The notes under the pieces are model-generated. The model was not told the origin of the DNA, searched no databases, and saw only the letters and a program-made list of their open reading frames with translations. Made by a program: the position numbers and the translations under genes. DNA of 64,000 nt, from assembly GCA_965219085.1 (NCBI GenBank), contig OZ244720.1, positions 1,995,429 to 2,059,428 on the forward strand, written 5' to 3'. Shown in pieces: positions 1 to 9,487 of this stretch. How positions within the stretch are numbered: position 1 is the first letter of the stretch; every line of letters starts with the position of its first letter. Origin of the DNA: Dehalococcoidia bacterium. Its GTDB lineage: Bacteria > Chloroflexota > Dehalococcoidia > UBA2979.

Positions 1-92
1 CCGTGATGATGTTCGCGATCGCCTTCGTCCTTGCGAATCTCGTTGTCGACCTGTCGTACGCCTTGATCGACCCACGGATCAGGTACCAGTAG
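1..92 (+). CDS. ABC transporter permease (DppB/OppB type), 3' end only, 5' truncated by the window edge
   Basis: Translation ...VMMFAIAFVLANLVVDLSYALIDPRIRYQ* matches the conserved C-terminus of Dpp/Opp permeases; this tail recurs in the dppB copies at 59.3-61.5 kb. Confidence 0.7.
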   Translation, partial: VMMFAIAFVLANLVVDLSYALIDPRIRYQ

Positions 93-126
93 GCGTGGCG
101 ACACTCAGCCGCGCCGGCGGGAGCGT

Positions 127-1044
127 ATGAGCACTGCACAGCCAGGCGGGTCGGACGCGGTAACGGAGCTGCAGGCGGCCGGCTTGAGCCTGGAATCGCG
201 TGCTCCCGCCGTAGACATCAGCTTGCGGATCCTGCGCTCCCCCGTGGGTTCCTCGTCGTCGGTTGTGATCGCCATGCTCGCGCTCTCGGCGATCTTCGCG
301 CCGCTGATCGCGCCGTACGACCCGATTGCAATCTCGCTCGACAGCTTCCAGAGTCCAAGCCTCACGCACCCCATGGGCACGGATAACCTCGGACGTGATG
401 TGTTCTCGAGGGTCCTGTACGGCTCGCGCATCTCGCTCTACGTTGCGGCGCTGGCGGCCACCTCCGGAACGCTCGTGGGTTGCTGCCTGGGCCTGCTCAG
501 CGGGTTCTTCGGCGGGTGGTTTGACCTGGTCGCACAGCGCGTCGTCGACGCGATGCTGGCGTTCCCCGCGCTCGTACTGGCGATGGCGCTCGTGGCCGTC
601 CTCGGTCCGAGCACGACGAACGGCCTGCTGGCGATCTCAATCGTCATCATCCCCGGCAACTCGCGGGTTATCCGCAGCGCTGTGCTCTCCGTCAAGGAGA
701 GCACCTACGTGGAGGCGGCCTACTCGATCGGCGCTTCGCCGCTGCGGGTGATGCTCCGTCACATCCTGCCGCAGGTGTTCGCACCAATCCTCATCCTGGT
801 CTCGACGGTGCTCGGCGCGGCCATCCTGATCGAGACCGCGCTGAGCTTCCTCGGGCTCGGCACGCAGCCGCCCGATCCATCCTGGGGCCAGATGCTGAGC
901 GGGTCCGGACGCGAGTACATGGAGCAGGCCCCGTGGCTCGCGATCTTCCCCGGCCTCGCCATCAGCGTCACCGTCCTGGCGTTCAACATGCTCGGCGACG
1001 TGGTCCGGGATGTGCTCGACCCGAGGCTGCGCGGTTCGCAGTAG
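127..1044 (+). CDS. peptide/nickel ABC transporter permease, DppC/OppC type
   Basis: 305-aa ORF with multiple transmembrane segments and the permease signature ..ASPLRVMLRHILPQV..; paralogous (about 65% identity) to the ORF at 58386..59288. Confidence 0.85.
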   Translation: MSTAQPGGSDAVTELQAAGLSLESRAPAVDISLRILRSPVGSSSSVVIAMLALSAIFAPLIAPYDPIAISLDSFQSPSLTHPMGTDNLGRDVFSRVLYGSRISLYVAALAATSGTLVGCCLGLLSGFFGGWFDLVAQRVVDAMLAFPALVLAMALVAVLGPSTTNGLLAISIVIIPGNSRVIRSAVLSVKESTYVEAAYSIGASPLRVMLRHILPQVFAPILILVSTVLGAAILIETALSFLGLGTQPPDPSWGQMLSGSGREYMEQAPWLAIFPGLAISVTVLAFNMLGDVVRDVLDPRLRGSQ

Positions 1045-1281
1045 CGACATGCCCCCGACGCGGTTTCGGCGCCGCCGTGTCCCGGGGGCGACCGAGGCCA
1101 CCTACGAGGTGCAGGCCGCGGACGTGGGCTACAGGCCGGTGGCGAGGGTCTCGTACACGGACGACGATGGCTTCCGCGACAACCTGGGAGAGACGCGAGC
1201 GGGCGACACCTCGGCCTCCGGTGAGAAATGTCGCCCGCACACCTTGCAGAATCTATGCGGAATCACCCTCAACGCTCGCGA

Positions 1282-2577
1282 TCAGACGGCCTCGGTCTGA
1301 CCCGGAAGACCGAGGTCCGCCCCGCCGCCCACGATGCGACGAAGCGCAAGACGCCAGGCTACAAGGGCGAGGACGAGGATGACGGCACCCTCCAGGATGG
1401 CGACGGCACGGAGGCCGACCAGATCGGCGAGGGCGCCCGCGAAGATGGCGCCCACCGGGAAGAGTCCGAATATCGTGAAGGCGAGGCCCATCACGCGGCC
1501 TCGCATCTCGTCGGGGACGCGTATCAGCAGAAAGGTATCGTAGGCCACGAAGAGCGCGCTCTGAGCTGCGCCCGCAACACCGAGCGCGGCTGCCGTCAGC
1601 AGGATCCACTGGGAGAAGCCGTAGATGATTGCGGCTGCGCCGGTTCCGACGATGCCGAGGAACATGAGGTAGCCGATCTGCCTCGGCCGTCCCACCGCCG
1701 CGACGGCCATCGCCCCAATCACGCCGCCGGCGCCGAGCGACGCGCTGAGGAACCCAAACATCGCGGCGCCACCGCCAAGTTCCTCCTCGACGAACAGCGC
1801 AAGCAGGAGTATGTACGACGCGCCGAGTACGAACGGCGTGACGACCACGGCGGTGAGCCTCAGCAGGTGGGGGTCGGCTCTCAGGTAGTCGATCGCCTGT
1901 CGCAAGTCGGCGGTCACGGAGCGGGAGTCAGCGCGCTCGATCGAACCGAACGAAGCCGCGACGCCGATCAGCAATATCATGGCGGCCGCCAGATGCGCGC
2001 CGGATGTGGCGAAGTAGGCGACGCCGACGCCCACCCCGCCGACGAGCAACCCGCCGATGGCCGGGCCGACCACGCTCGGCACGCTGTGACTGGCAGTGTT
2101 CAGCGACGTGGCGTTCATGAAGTGCTCCTGAGGCACCAGGCGGCCCGTCATGGCCTGGCTCGCCGGGAAGCGCACTGCACCCAGCAGGCCGCTAATGAGC
2201 GAGGCGACGAGCACATGCCAGACAGCCACGAGGTCGGCGACAACCAGGACGCCGAGCGTCACAGCCACGAGCACGGCCATCAGGTTGTCGATCAGCAGCA
2301 GATTGCGTCGATTGAACCGGTCGGCAATGAGGCCCATCGGGATCGACCCCAGTGCGAAGGTGACCGCCCACGCTGCCTCGACCGCACCCAGGACCAGAGC
2401 GGAGTCGGTGAGTTGGACGACCAGCCAGGCGCGAGCAGTGAACTGCACCATCAGGCCCATCGACACGATGAAGTTGCTCGCCCAGAAGTAGCGGAACTGC
2501 CGGAACTTCAGCGAGCGCAGGGCGCGGTGGACGACACCTCCGCGCTCAACGATGGGCAGCTCGGTGGGGTCATTCAC
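1282..2577 (-). CDS. MFS transporter
   Basis: 431-aa ORF with 12 predicted transmembrane segments and MFS-like motifs (..GLIADRFNRRNLL..). Confidence 0.8.
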   Translation of the reverse strand: MNDPTELPIVERGGVVHRALRSLKFRQFRYFWASNFIVSMGLMVQFTARAWLVVQLTDSALVLGAVEAAWAVTFALGSIPMGLIADRFNRRNLLLIDNLMAVLVAVTLGVLVVADLVAVWHVLVASLISGLLGAVRFPASQAMTGRLVPQEHFMNATSLNTASHSVPSVVGPAIGGLLVGGVGVGVAYFATSGAHLAAAMILLIGVAASFGSIERADSRSVTADLRQAIDYLRADPHLLRLTAVVVTPFVLGASYILLLALFVEEELGGGAAMFGFLSASLGAGGVIGAMAVAAVGRPRQIGYLMFLGIVGTGAAAIIYGFSQWILLTAAALGVAGAAQSALFVAYDTFLLIRVPDEMRGRVMGLAFTIFGLFPVGAIFAGALADLVGLRAVAILEGAVILVLALVAWRLALRRIVGGGADLGLPGQTEAV

Positions 2578-2677
2578 GATGGCTGCCCGGCGGCGGCCAT
2601 GAAGAGCTTACGCACGCGTCCGGGGTCTTCCTCGCCGAGTCGATCCGGGACGCGGTCACAGCTTCGAGCAACCACGG

Positions 2678-3007
2678 CTAACCGACGACGCCCGCCCCGC
2701 GCAGCCGCTCGATCCCCGCATCATCTCGCTCGAGGTCTCTCAGCACCTCGGTCGTGTGCTCGCCAGGCGCAGGAGCGGCCAGGCGAACGTTGCCCGGCGT
2801 CCCGGAGTACTTCGGGCCGATGCCTACCTGGTGCACGGCGCCGACCTTCGGGTCGTCGACTTCAATCAGCATCTGGCGCGCGATCGCATGCTCGTTCTTG
2901 AACACCTCGTCAAGGGCGTGTCGACCCGGCGCGTACCCGGACAGGTCGAGGACTCTGACTCCGGCCGGCGGACCGGTCGCGACAGTGGGATTCGTCATGC
3001 GATACAT
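2678..3007 (-). pseudogene. remnant of a family-III CoA-transferase / alpha-methylacyl-CoA racemase-like gene with an internal deletion
   Basis: 109 aa; N-terminus ..LAGVRVLDLSGYAPG.. is the CaiB/BaiF N-motif, and it is joined directly to a C-terminal block ..IEVDDPKVG..GTPGNVRLAAPAPGEHTTEVLRDL.. that matches the C-terminus of the intact Mcr-like gene at 53712..54911; about 290 internal residues are missing. Confidence 0.6.
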
Positions 3008-3382
3008 CCTCCCCGGATCACGCGGGCTGCGCGAGCGGGATCATGGTAACGCGAAGGCGTGACCGGCTTCCCGGCGTTCTTCGTGGTTGACGGCGGACTG
3101 AGCCGGCCCTCAGCCAGCGCGGGAGCCCTGCCGCGAGCGACGTGAGCGACGCGGGGATGCCGGCGGGCTCATGCGTCGCGTGGCTCGCCTGGCCGGTGGA
3201 GGCAACGTTCGGCAGGTGAGTATCCGATCCATGCGCCGGCCTTGAGTCCCGGCATGGTCGATGTCATCGTGTGAAGCGACGCCACGATGCATCAGCTACT
3301 GCATCGTGAATGTAGCTTGCACTAATGTCTGTGCGTAGGTTCTACTGGTGTCCAGGTGCAGTGCTAACGCGGCAACGCGTAT

Positions 3383-4480
3383 GTGCGCGGCGACTTCCGG
3401 AGGGTAGCAGTGGCGTTACCTGGATTTGGTGCGGACCTACCGCGCAGAGCGAGTCCGCGCGCATCCGGCCGTGCGTGCCTCGCGCTGGTCGTCGCGGTGG
3501 CGGTGGCGGCCGTGGCGGTGCTGGCTGCGAGCTGCGGGGACGACGAGGAGCAGCGGCTCACGATCTACTCGGGCCGCAGCCCGGAGCTGGTCGGGCCACT
3601 GCTGGAGCGCTTCACCGAGGAGACGGGCATCAACGTCGGCGTCCGCTACGGCGGCACCGCACAACTCGCGGCCCTGCTCATCGAAGAGGGCGACCAGAGC
3701 CCGGCGGACATCTTCATCGCCCAGGACGCGGGCGCGCTCGGCGCCGTGCAGGCGGCCGGCCTCTTCACCACCATCGACGACGATATCCTCGAACGCGTCG
3801 CGCCGGCGTACCGCTCACGAGAGGGCGTCTGGGTCGGGCTCTCCGGGCGTGCGCGCGCGATCGTCTACAACACCGACGCGCTCGACCCTTCCGAGCTCCC
3901 CGACTCGATCCTCGAGTTCACCGACCCCAAGTGGCGCGGCCGGGTGGCGTGGGCGCCGACCAACGGCTCGTTCCAGGCCTGGGTCACCGCGCTGCGCGTC
4001 AGCGAGGGCGAAGACGGCGCGCGCGCGTGGCTCGAGGGGATGCTCGCGAACGACTCGCCCGAGTTCCCGAACAACGTCTCGATCGTCGCGGCGGTGGGTC
4101 GCGGTGAGGTCGACGCCGGCCTCGTCAACCACTACTACCTGAACCGCTTCCTCGCGGAGCAGGGCGAGGACTTCCCCGCCCGCAACCACCACACGGGCCC
4201 CGGCGACATCGGGACGCTGGTCAACGTCGCGGGCGCGGGCGTGCTCCGCAGTTCGGAGGCGACCGACGAGGCGCGCCGGTTCATCGAGTTCATGCTGAGC
4301 GAGGAGGCCCAGCGCTACTACGCCGAAACGAACGCCGAGCACCCACTCGTGGCCGGGGTGGCCGGTGCTCCCGGGCTGCGATCGATCGCCGATCTGCAGC
4401 CGCCCGCGATCGACCTGAGCGACCTCTCGGATCTCGAGGGCACGCTCCGGCTGCTGCGCTCTACCGGCGTGCTGCCGTAG
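3383..4480 (+). CDS. Fe(3+) ABC transporter substrate-binding lipoprotein (FbpA/AfuA family)
   Basis: Signal peptide with lipobox LAASCG; blocks LTIYSGRSPELV, ADIFIAQDAGAL, WVGLSGRARAIVYN and NHYYLNRF match FbpA-type iron-binding proteins; no cognate permease or ATPase adjacent. Confidence 0.75.
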   Translation: MRGDFRRVAVALPGFGADLPRRASPRASGRACLALVVAVAVAAVAVLAASCGDDEEQRLTIYSGRSPELVGPLLERFTEETGINVGVRYGGTAQLAALLIEEGDQSPADIFIAQDAGALGAVQAAGLFTTIDDDILERVAPAYRSREGVWVGLSGRARAIVYNTDALDPSELPDSILEFTDPKWRGRVAWAPTNGSFQAWVTALRVSEGEDGARAWLEGMLANDSPEFPNNVSIVAAVGRGEVDAGLVNHYYLNRFLAEQGEDFPARNHHTGPGDIGTLVNVAGAGVLRSSEATDEARRFIEFMLSEEAQRYYAETNAEHPLVAGVAGAPGLRSIADLQPPAIDLSDLSDLEGTLRLLRSTGVLP

Positions 4481-4579
4481 GCCAACTCCGGGTGTCCTGG
4501 CTGCACGGTCGCGCGTGGGGGCGCTCCCGTCTGGAGGCGCCGCGGCGCGAGCGGGCTGCGGTGAGATGACGAGTTCCAG

Positions 4580-5596
4580 TTGGCCCATCTATATGCTGGT
4601 CGCGCGCACGCGATGCTGGCCCCGGCCAGAGAGGACCGCATGACGCTCGACTTTGCGACTGCCCGGCTGCTGATGCAGATGGCGGAAGCCGGCGGCACGC
4701 CGCTGCACGAGAGCACGCCCGCGGAGGCGCGCGCGCTCGGGCGCGCGCTCATGGAGCTCAACGGCCCGGCGCCACCGATGCTTCGCGTCGACGAGCACAG
4801 CCTCGCCAGGCCGGACGGCACGGTCCCGATCCGCGTGTTGGCGCCGCTGGAGCAGCCGGCCGGCGTGATCGTCTACTACCACGGTGGCGGCTGGGTCATC
4901 GGTTCGATCGACGAGTCAGACACCGTGGCGCGCAAGCTCGCCGAGCGCACGTCGTGCACGGTGGTGCTCGTCGGCTACCGGCTCGCGCCCGAGCACCGCT
5001 ACCCAGTGGCGGTCGACGACTCGTACGCGGCGCTGGAGTGGGTCGGCGAGCACGTCGATGAGCTGGCAAGGCCGGGCGCTCCACTGTTTGTCGCTGGTGA
5101 CAGCGCCGGCGGCAACCTCGCGGCCGTGATGGCGCTGCGAGCGCGCGATCGCCGAGGCCCGCCGATCGCGGCGCAGATCCTGATCTACCCGGTCACCGAC
5201 GCCGACTTCGAGCGTCCGTCGTACACCGATCCCGGGAACCAGCTACTGCTGACGCGCGAGGCCATGGCCTGGTTCTGGGATCACTACGTCCCGGACGCCG
5301 CGCGACGCGTCGAGCCCGACGCCTCGCCGCTGCGCGCCGCCGACCTCGCCGGGCTGCCACCGGCGGTCGTGCTGACCGCCGAGCACGACGTGCTGCGCGA
5401 CGAGGGCGAAGCCTACGCCGAGCGGCTCGAGGCGGCCGGAGTGCCGGTCAACCTCCAGCGCCACGAGGGTCAGACACACGGCTTCTTCACGCTGCTGATG
5501 CTACCGGGCAGCGAGCGCGGCTTTCAGCAGGTGGTAAAGGCCGTGCGCGCGACGATCGCCGAGCGTGCGAGGGAGGCCGCGAACGCGACGCCGTAA
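4580..5596 (+). CDS. alpha/beta-hydrolase esterase/lipase (HSL family, Aes-like)
   Basis: HGGG oxyanion motif (VIVYYHGGGWVIGS) and nucleophile elbow GDSAGG; the true start may be the internal Met near 4640. Confidence 0.8.
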   Translation: MAHLYAGRAHAMLAPAREDRMTLDFATARLLMQMAEAGGTPLHESTPAEARALGRALMELNGPAPPMLRVDEHSLARPDGTVPIRVLAPLEQPAGVIVYYHGGGWVIGSIDESDTVARKLAERTSCTVVLVGYRLAPEHRYPVAVDDSYAALEWVGEHVDELARPGAPLFVAGDSAGGNLAAVMALRARDRRGPPIAAQILIYPVTDADFERPSYTDPGNQLLLTREAMAWFWDHYVPDAARRVEPDASPLRAADLAGLPPAVVLTAEHDVLRDEGEAYAERLEAAGVPVNLQRHEGQTHGFFTLLMLPGSERGFQQVVKAVRATIAERAREAANATP

Positions 5597-5672
5597 CCCA
5601 CGCTTCGCGCGCGAGGCGATAGAGTGTGGCGGGCGCGGCCTCGCGGGCGCCGCTCGACGCGGGAGGATTGAG

Positions 5673-7310
5673 ATGACGACCAACACCAGCCAGTCAGAAC
5701 TCGACGCCGTCGTGGTGGGGGCGGGATTCTCCGGCATGTACATGCTCTACCGGCTGCGCGAAGTGCTCGGCCTGTCCGCGCGCGTGTTCGAGGCGGGGGA
5801 CAACGTCGGCGGTACCTGGTACTGGAACCGCTACCCCGGCGCGCGCTGCGACTCCGAGTCGTACGTCTACTGCTTCTCGTTCGACAAGGACCTCGCCCAG
5901 GAGTGGAACTGGAGCGGCAAGTACCCCGAGCAGCCCGAGATCCTGCGCTACCTCAACCACGTCGCCGATCGGTTCGGCCTCCGCCCCGATATCCAGTTCG
6001 AGACGCGCGTCACCGCCGCGCACTTCCGCGAGGACCTCAACCGCTGGGAGATCGAGACCGACCAGGGCGACCGCGTGCTCGCGCGCTACTTCATCACCGG
6101 GATCGGCTGCCTCTCGGCGGGCCAGATCCCCGACATCGAGGGGCTCGATGGCTTCGAGGGCGACTGGTACCACACCGGCGCGTGGCCCCACGAAGGCGTC
6201 GACCTCGCGGGCAAGCGCGTAGGGGTGGTCGGCACTGGTTCGAGTGGTGTTCAGTCGATCCCGGTGATCGCGAAGCAGGCAGGGCACGTGACTGTCTTCC
6301 AGCGCACGCCGCAGTACATGATCCCGGCCCGCCACGGCACGGTCACGCCCGAGTTCCTCGATGACATCAAGGGCCGCTACGACCAGATCTTCGAGAAGAT
6401 CAAATGGTCGGGCGGTGGCGGCCCCTACGACGTCGTCGACCGCTCGGCCCTCGATGTCGGGGACGAGGAGCGGCGCGCGATCTACGAGGCGGCGTGGGAA
6501 CAGGGCGGGCACCGCTTCCTCAGCGCCACCTTCCACGACATCGCCGCCGACCGGCGGGCCAACGACACGGCCTCCGAGTTCATCCGCTCGAAGATCCGCG
6601 AAATCGTCCGCGACCCCGAGACCGCCGAGAAGCTGGTCCCGCGCGACCACCCGTTCGCGTCGAAGCGCGCGCTGATCGACACCGACTACTACGACACCTA
6701 CAACCGTGACAACGTCGACCTGGTCGACATTCGCCACGACCCGATCGAGGAGATCACGCCGCGCGGCATCCGCACCCAGGATGGCGAGTACGAGCTCGAC
6801 ATCATCGTCTTCGCCACCGGCTACGACGCGATGACCGGCGCGTTCAACCGCATCGACATCCGCGGCCGCGGCGGCGAGCTGCTCCGGGAGAAATGGGCGG
6901 AGGGCCCGAAGACCTACTTGGGGCTGTCCTCGGCGGGCTTCCCCAACATGTTCATGATCACCGGCCCCGGCAGCCCCTCGGTGCTGAGCAACATGCCCGT
7001 CTCGATCGAGCAGCACGTCGAGTGGATCTCGGACTTCGTCGACCACATGCTCGAGCACGGTGTCGAGATCGCCGAGGCGGACGCCGATGCCGAGGCGGAC
7101 TGGGTCGACCACGTCAACGACGCGGCGAGCAAGACGCTCTACCCGCTGGCGGACTCGTGGTACCTGGGCGCCAACATCCCCGGCAAGCCGCGCGTGTTCA
7201 TGCCCTACACGGGCGGGGTCGGCAACTACCGCAAGAAGTGCGACGAGGTCGCCGAGGCCGGCTACGAGGGTTACGTGCTCCACAGCGAGGCGCCCCTCGG
7301 CGTCCGCTGA
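5673..7310 (+). CDS. Baeyer-Villiger (flavin-containing) monooxygenase, cyclohexanone-monooxygenase type
   Basis: ATG at 5673 preceded by GGGAGG; FAD GxGxxG (VVVGAGFSG), BVMO fingerprint FEGDWYHTGAWP, second Rossmann GKRVGVVGTGSSG; the ORF-track entry 5565..7310 starts upstream at a GTG. Confidence 0.85.
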   Translation: MTTNTSQSELDAVVVGAGFSGMYMLYRLREVLGLSARVFEAGDNVGGTWYWNRYPGARCDSESYVYCFSFDKDLAQEWNWSGKYPEQPEILRYLNHVADRFGLRPDIQFETRVTAAHFREDLNRWEIETDQGDRVLARYFITGIGCLSAGQIPDIEGLDGFEGDWYHTGAWPHEGVDLAGKRVGVVGTGSSGVQSIPVIAKQAGHVTVFQRTPQYMIPARHGTVTPEFLDDIKGRYDQIFEKIKWSGGGGPYDVVDRSALDVGDEERRAIYEAAWEQGGHRFLSATFHDIAADRRANDTASEFIRSKIREIVRDPETAEKLVPRDHPFASKRALIDTDYYDTYNRDNVDLVDIRHDPIEEITPRGIRTQDGEYELDIIVFATGYDAMTGAFNRIDIRGRGGELLREKWAEGPKTYLGLSSAGFPNMFMITGPGSPSVLSNMPVSIEQHVEWISDFVDHMLEHGVEIAEADADAEADWVDHVNDAASKTLYPLADSWYLGANIPGKPRVFMPYTGGVGNYRKKCDEVAEAGYEGYVLHSEAPLGVR

Positions 7311-7518
7311 GCCGCCGGGCGCGCTCGCCTGAAGGGGATGCGGGACTCGATATCGAGGGTCCGAAGGCGTTCCCCGAGCATCGCCGCCCGGACGTCATCG
7401 ACGCGTAGCCTCCTGCGCGAGAGTCGGCACGACGACGGCACAGCCTGTTACCGCAGCGAAAGATTTGCGAAACGCGAACGTCACGCCCCTGACACCCGTC
7501 GGTACCCCACGCGTTCAA

Positions 7519-7600
7519 GCTAGCGCCTGCTTGCCCCGCCTGAGCACAGGCGGGTGCACGGCGCGATAACTGCCGGGGAAACCGAGGCCTCCTCGGCCTT
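7519..7600 (+). promoter_or_regulatory. structured leader upstream of the ABC binding-protein gene; weak resemblance to a guanidine-I (ykkC) riboswitch 3' half, followed by a short hairpin
   Basis: CUAG..., then ACGGCGCGAUAACUGCCGGGGAAAC (compare ykkC ACGGCGGGAUAAAAGCCCGGGAGA), then hairpin CCGAGG-CCU-CCUCGG; the 5' conserved blocks are not recognisable. Confidence 0.15.
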
Positions 7601-8336
7601 CTTGTAGGTGGCGCAACGCGCCCCGCCCGCAACGCGGAACCGGAGGAGAGACCCTTGATGTTGACCTGGCCCCACCTGGCGGACCTGCGATTGGTGGCGA
7701 TGCTCGTCGCCGCCGTCGCGCTCTTCGCGGTCGCATGCGGCGGCGACGACGACGACACCACGCCGGCTCCGATCAGGTGATCGTGCTGGTGAAAGACAAC
7801 TCCACCGGCAACGACCAGATCATCGCCACCGCGGACATCCAGTCGATCGAGGATCTCGGCGGCACGACGATCGGCGTTGAGGTCGGCGTTGTCGACCACT
7901 TCCTCCTGCTGCTCGGCCTCGAGTCCGTCGGGCTCACCGCCGCCGACGTCAACATCGTCAACCTCGAGACCGGCGCGGGGGTGCCGCATTCGCGTCGGGC
8001 CAGCTCGACGCGGTCGGCGTCTTCGCACCGTTTACGGTGCAGGCGCTGATCCGCGAGGGTTCGCACACGCTCTTCACGTCCGCCCTGTTCCCCGGCGCGA
8101 TTCCCGACCAACTCGTGCTCTCGCGCGAGATCGTCGACTCGCGACCGGAGGACGTGCAGAAGATCATCGAGGCCTGGTTCAAGACCCTCGAATGCATCGA
8201 GGCGAATCCGGCGGACGCGGTCGCCATCATGGCCAGGCGCGCGGGCGTCACGGCCGAGGAATACGCAGAGTACGACTGACCTGACCCCTTGAAACGGGAC
8301 CACCGTTGATGAGAGTCCTTTGGCCCATGAAAGTGG

Positions 8337-8633
8337 GTGGAGGAGGACATCACGGTGAAACGACGCAGGCACACGCCTGAGCAGATCGTGCGCAAGCTGC
8401 GCGAGGTGGAGCGGCTGCTCGGCGAAGGGCAGACGATCGCCGAGGCGGCGAAGCGGGTCGAGGTCTCGGAGCAGACCTACCACCGCTGGCGCAACCAGTA
8501 CGGCGGGATGAAGGCCGACGACGCCAAACGGCTGCGCGAGCTGGAGCGCGAGAACGTCCGGCTGAAGCGGATCGTCGCCGACAAGGAACTCGAGATCGAC
8601 GCGCTCAAGGAGATCGCCCGGGGAAACTGGTAA
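8337..8633 (+). CDS. IS3-family transposase OrfA (HTH)
   Basis: 98 aa, ..RRRHTPEQIVRKLREVERLLGEGQTIAEAAKRVEVSEQTYHRWRNQYGG.. with leucine-zipper tail, typical of IS3 OrfA. Confidence 0.9.
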   Translation: MEEDITVKRRRHTPEQIVRKLREVERLLGEGQTIAEAAKRVEVSEQTYHRWRNQYGGMKADDAKRLRELERENVRLKRIVADKELEIDALKEIARGNW

Positions 8634-8662
8634 GCCCGTCGCGCCGGCGCGAGGCAGTCTGC

Positions 8663-9487
8663 ATGTTGCAGGACCGCCTCGAGTTGTCGGAACGGCGGGC
8701 ATGCCGGGTCACCGGCCAGCACCGCTCCACACAGCGCCGCCTCCCGGTGCGCGGCCGCGGCGACGACGCGCTGCGCGCGGAACTCCACGCCTTCTCGCGT
8801 GGCCACCCCCGCTGGGGGTACCGCCGGGCCTGGGCGACCTTACGCGAGGAGGGCTGGGGCGTGAATCGCAAGCGGGTGCAACGGCTCTGGCGTGAGGAAG
8901 GGCTGCGCGTCCCGGTGAAACGGCGCAAGCGTCAGCGCCTGGGGGACTCGGCGGTGCCCGCCGCCAGGCTGCGCGCTGAGCGGCCGAACCACGTCTGGGC
9001 GCTGGACTTCCAGTTCGACCAGACCGCGGACGGGCGGGTCCTGAAGCTGCTCAACATCGTCGACGAGCACACACGGGAGGCGCTGGCGATCGTGGCCGCC
9101 AGGCGCATCAACGCCGACGCCACGGCCTCAACGCTCGACGGGATCGTCGCCCGGCGCGGGACGGCGCCTGGGTACATCCGTTGCGACAATGGGCCCGAGC
9201 TCACGGCCAACGCGCTGCGCGACTGGTGCCGGTTCAGCGGTACGGGCAGCAGCTACATCGAGCCCGGTGCGCCGTGGGAGAACCCGTACGTCGAGTCGTT
9301 CAACGGCCGGTTGCGCGACGAGTTCCTGGCGGTCGAGCAGTTCGACAGCCTGCTCGAGGCGCAGGTGCTGCTCGAGGACTGGCGGATCGAGTACAACACG
9401 AAGCGCCCGCATAGCAGCCTGGGCTGGCTCGCCCCGGCTGCCTACGCCGAGCGCTGGGAGACTCAGCTACACGCTGGACTCTCATAA
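8663..9487 (+). CDS. IS3-family transposase OrfB (DDE integrase core, rve)
   Basis: 274 aa with the integrase catalytic core (..HVWALDFQF.., ..YIRCDNGPELT.., ..SFNGRLRDEFL..); probably expressed as an OrfAB fusion by -1 frameshifting. Confidence 0.9.
   Translation: MLQDRLELSERRACRVTGQHRSTQRRLPVRGRGDDALRAELHAFSRGHPRWGYRRAWATLREEGWGVNRKRVQRLWREEGLRVPVKRRKRQRLGDSAVPAARLRAERPNHVWALDFQFDQTADGRVLKLLNIVDEHTREALAIVAARRINADATASTLDGIVARRGTAPGYIRCDNGPELTANALRDWCRFSGTGSSYIEPGAPWENPYVESFNGRLRDEFLAVEQFDSLLEAQVLLEDWRIEYNTKRPHSSLGWLAPAAYAERWETQLHAGLS

Noticed and set aside
1228-2901. 557-aa plus-strand ORF
   Set aside because: It is antisense to the MFS transporter (1282..2577) and strongly charged and low-complexity.
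3290-3382. Lower-GC leader upstream of the orphan iron-binding protein gene, as a possible IdeR/Fur box
   Set aside because: No convincing 19-bp iron-box palindrome (TTAGGTTAGGCTAACCTAA-like) is visible, only short imperfect repeats. It is kept as an unannotated leader.
5694-7283. 529-aa minus-strand ORF
   Set aside because: It is antisense to the BVMO, a GC-rich artefact.
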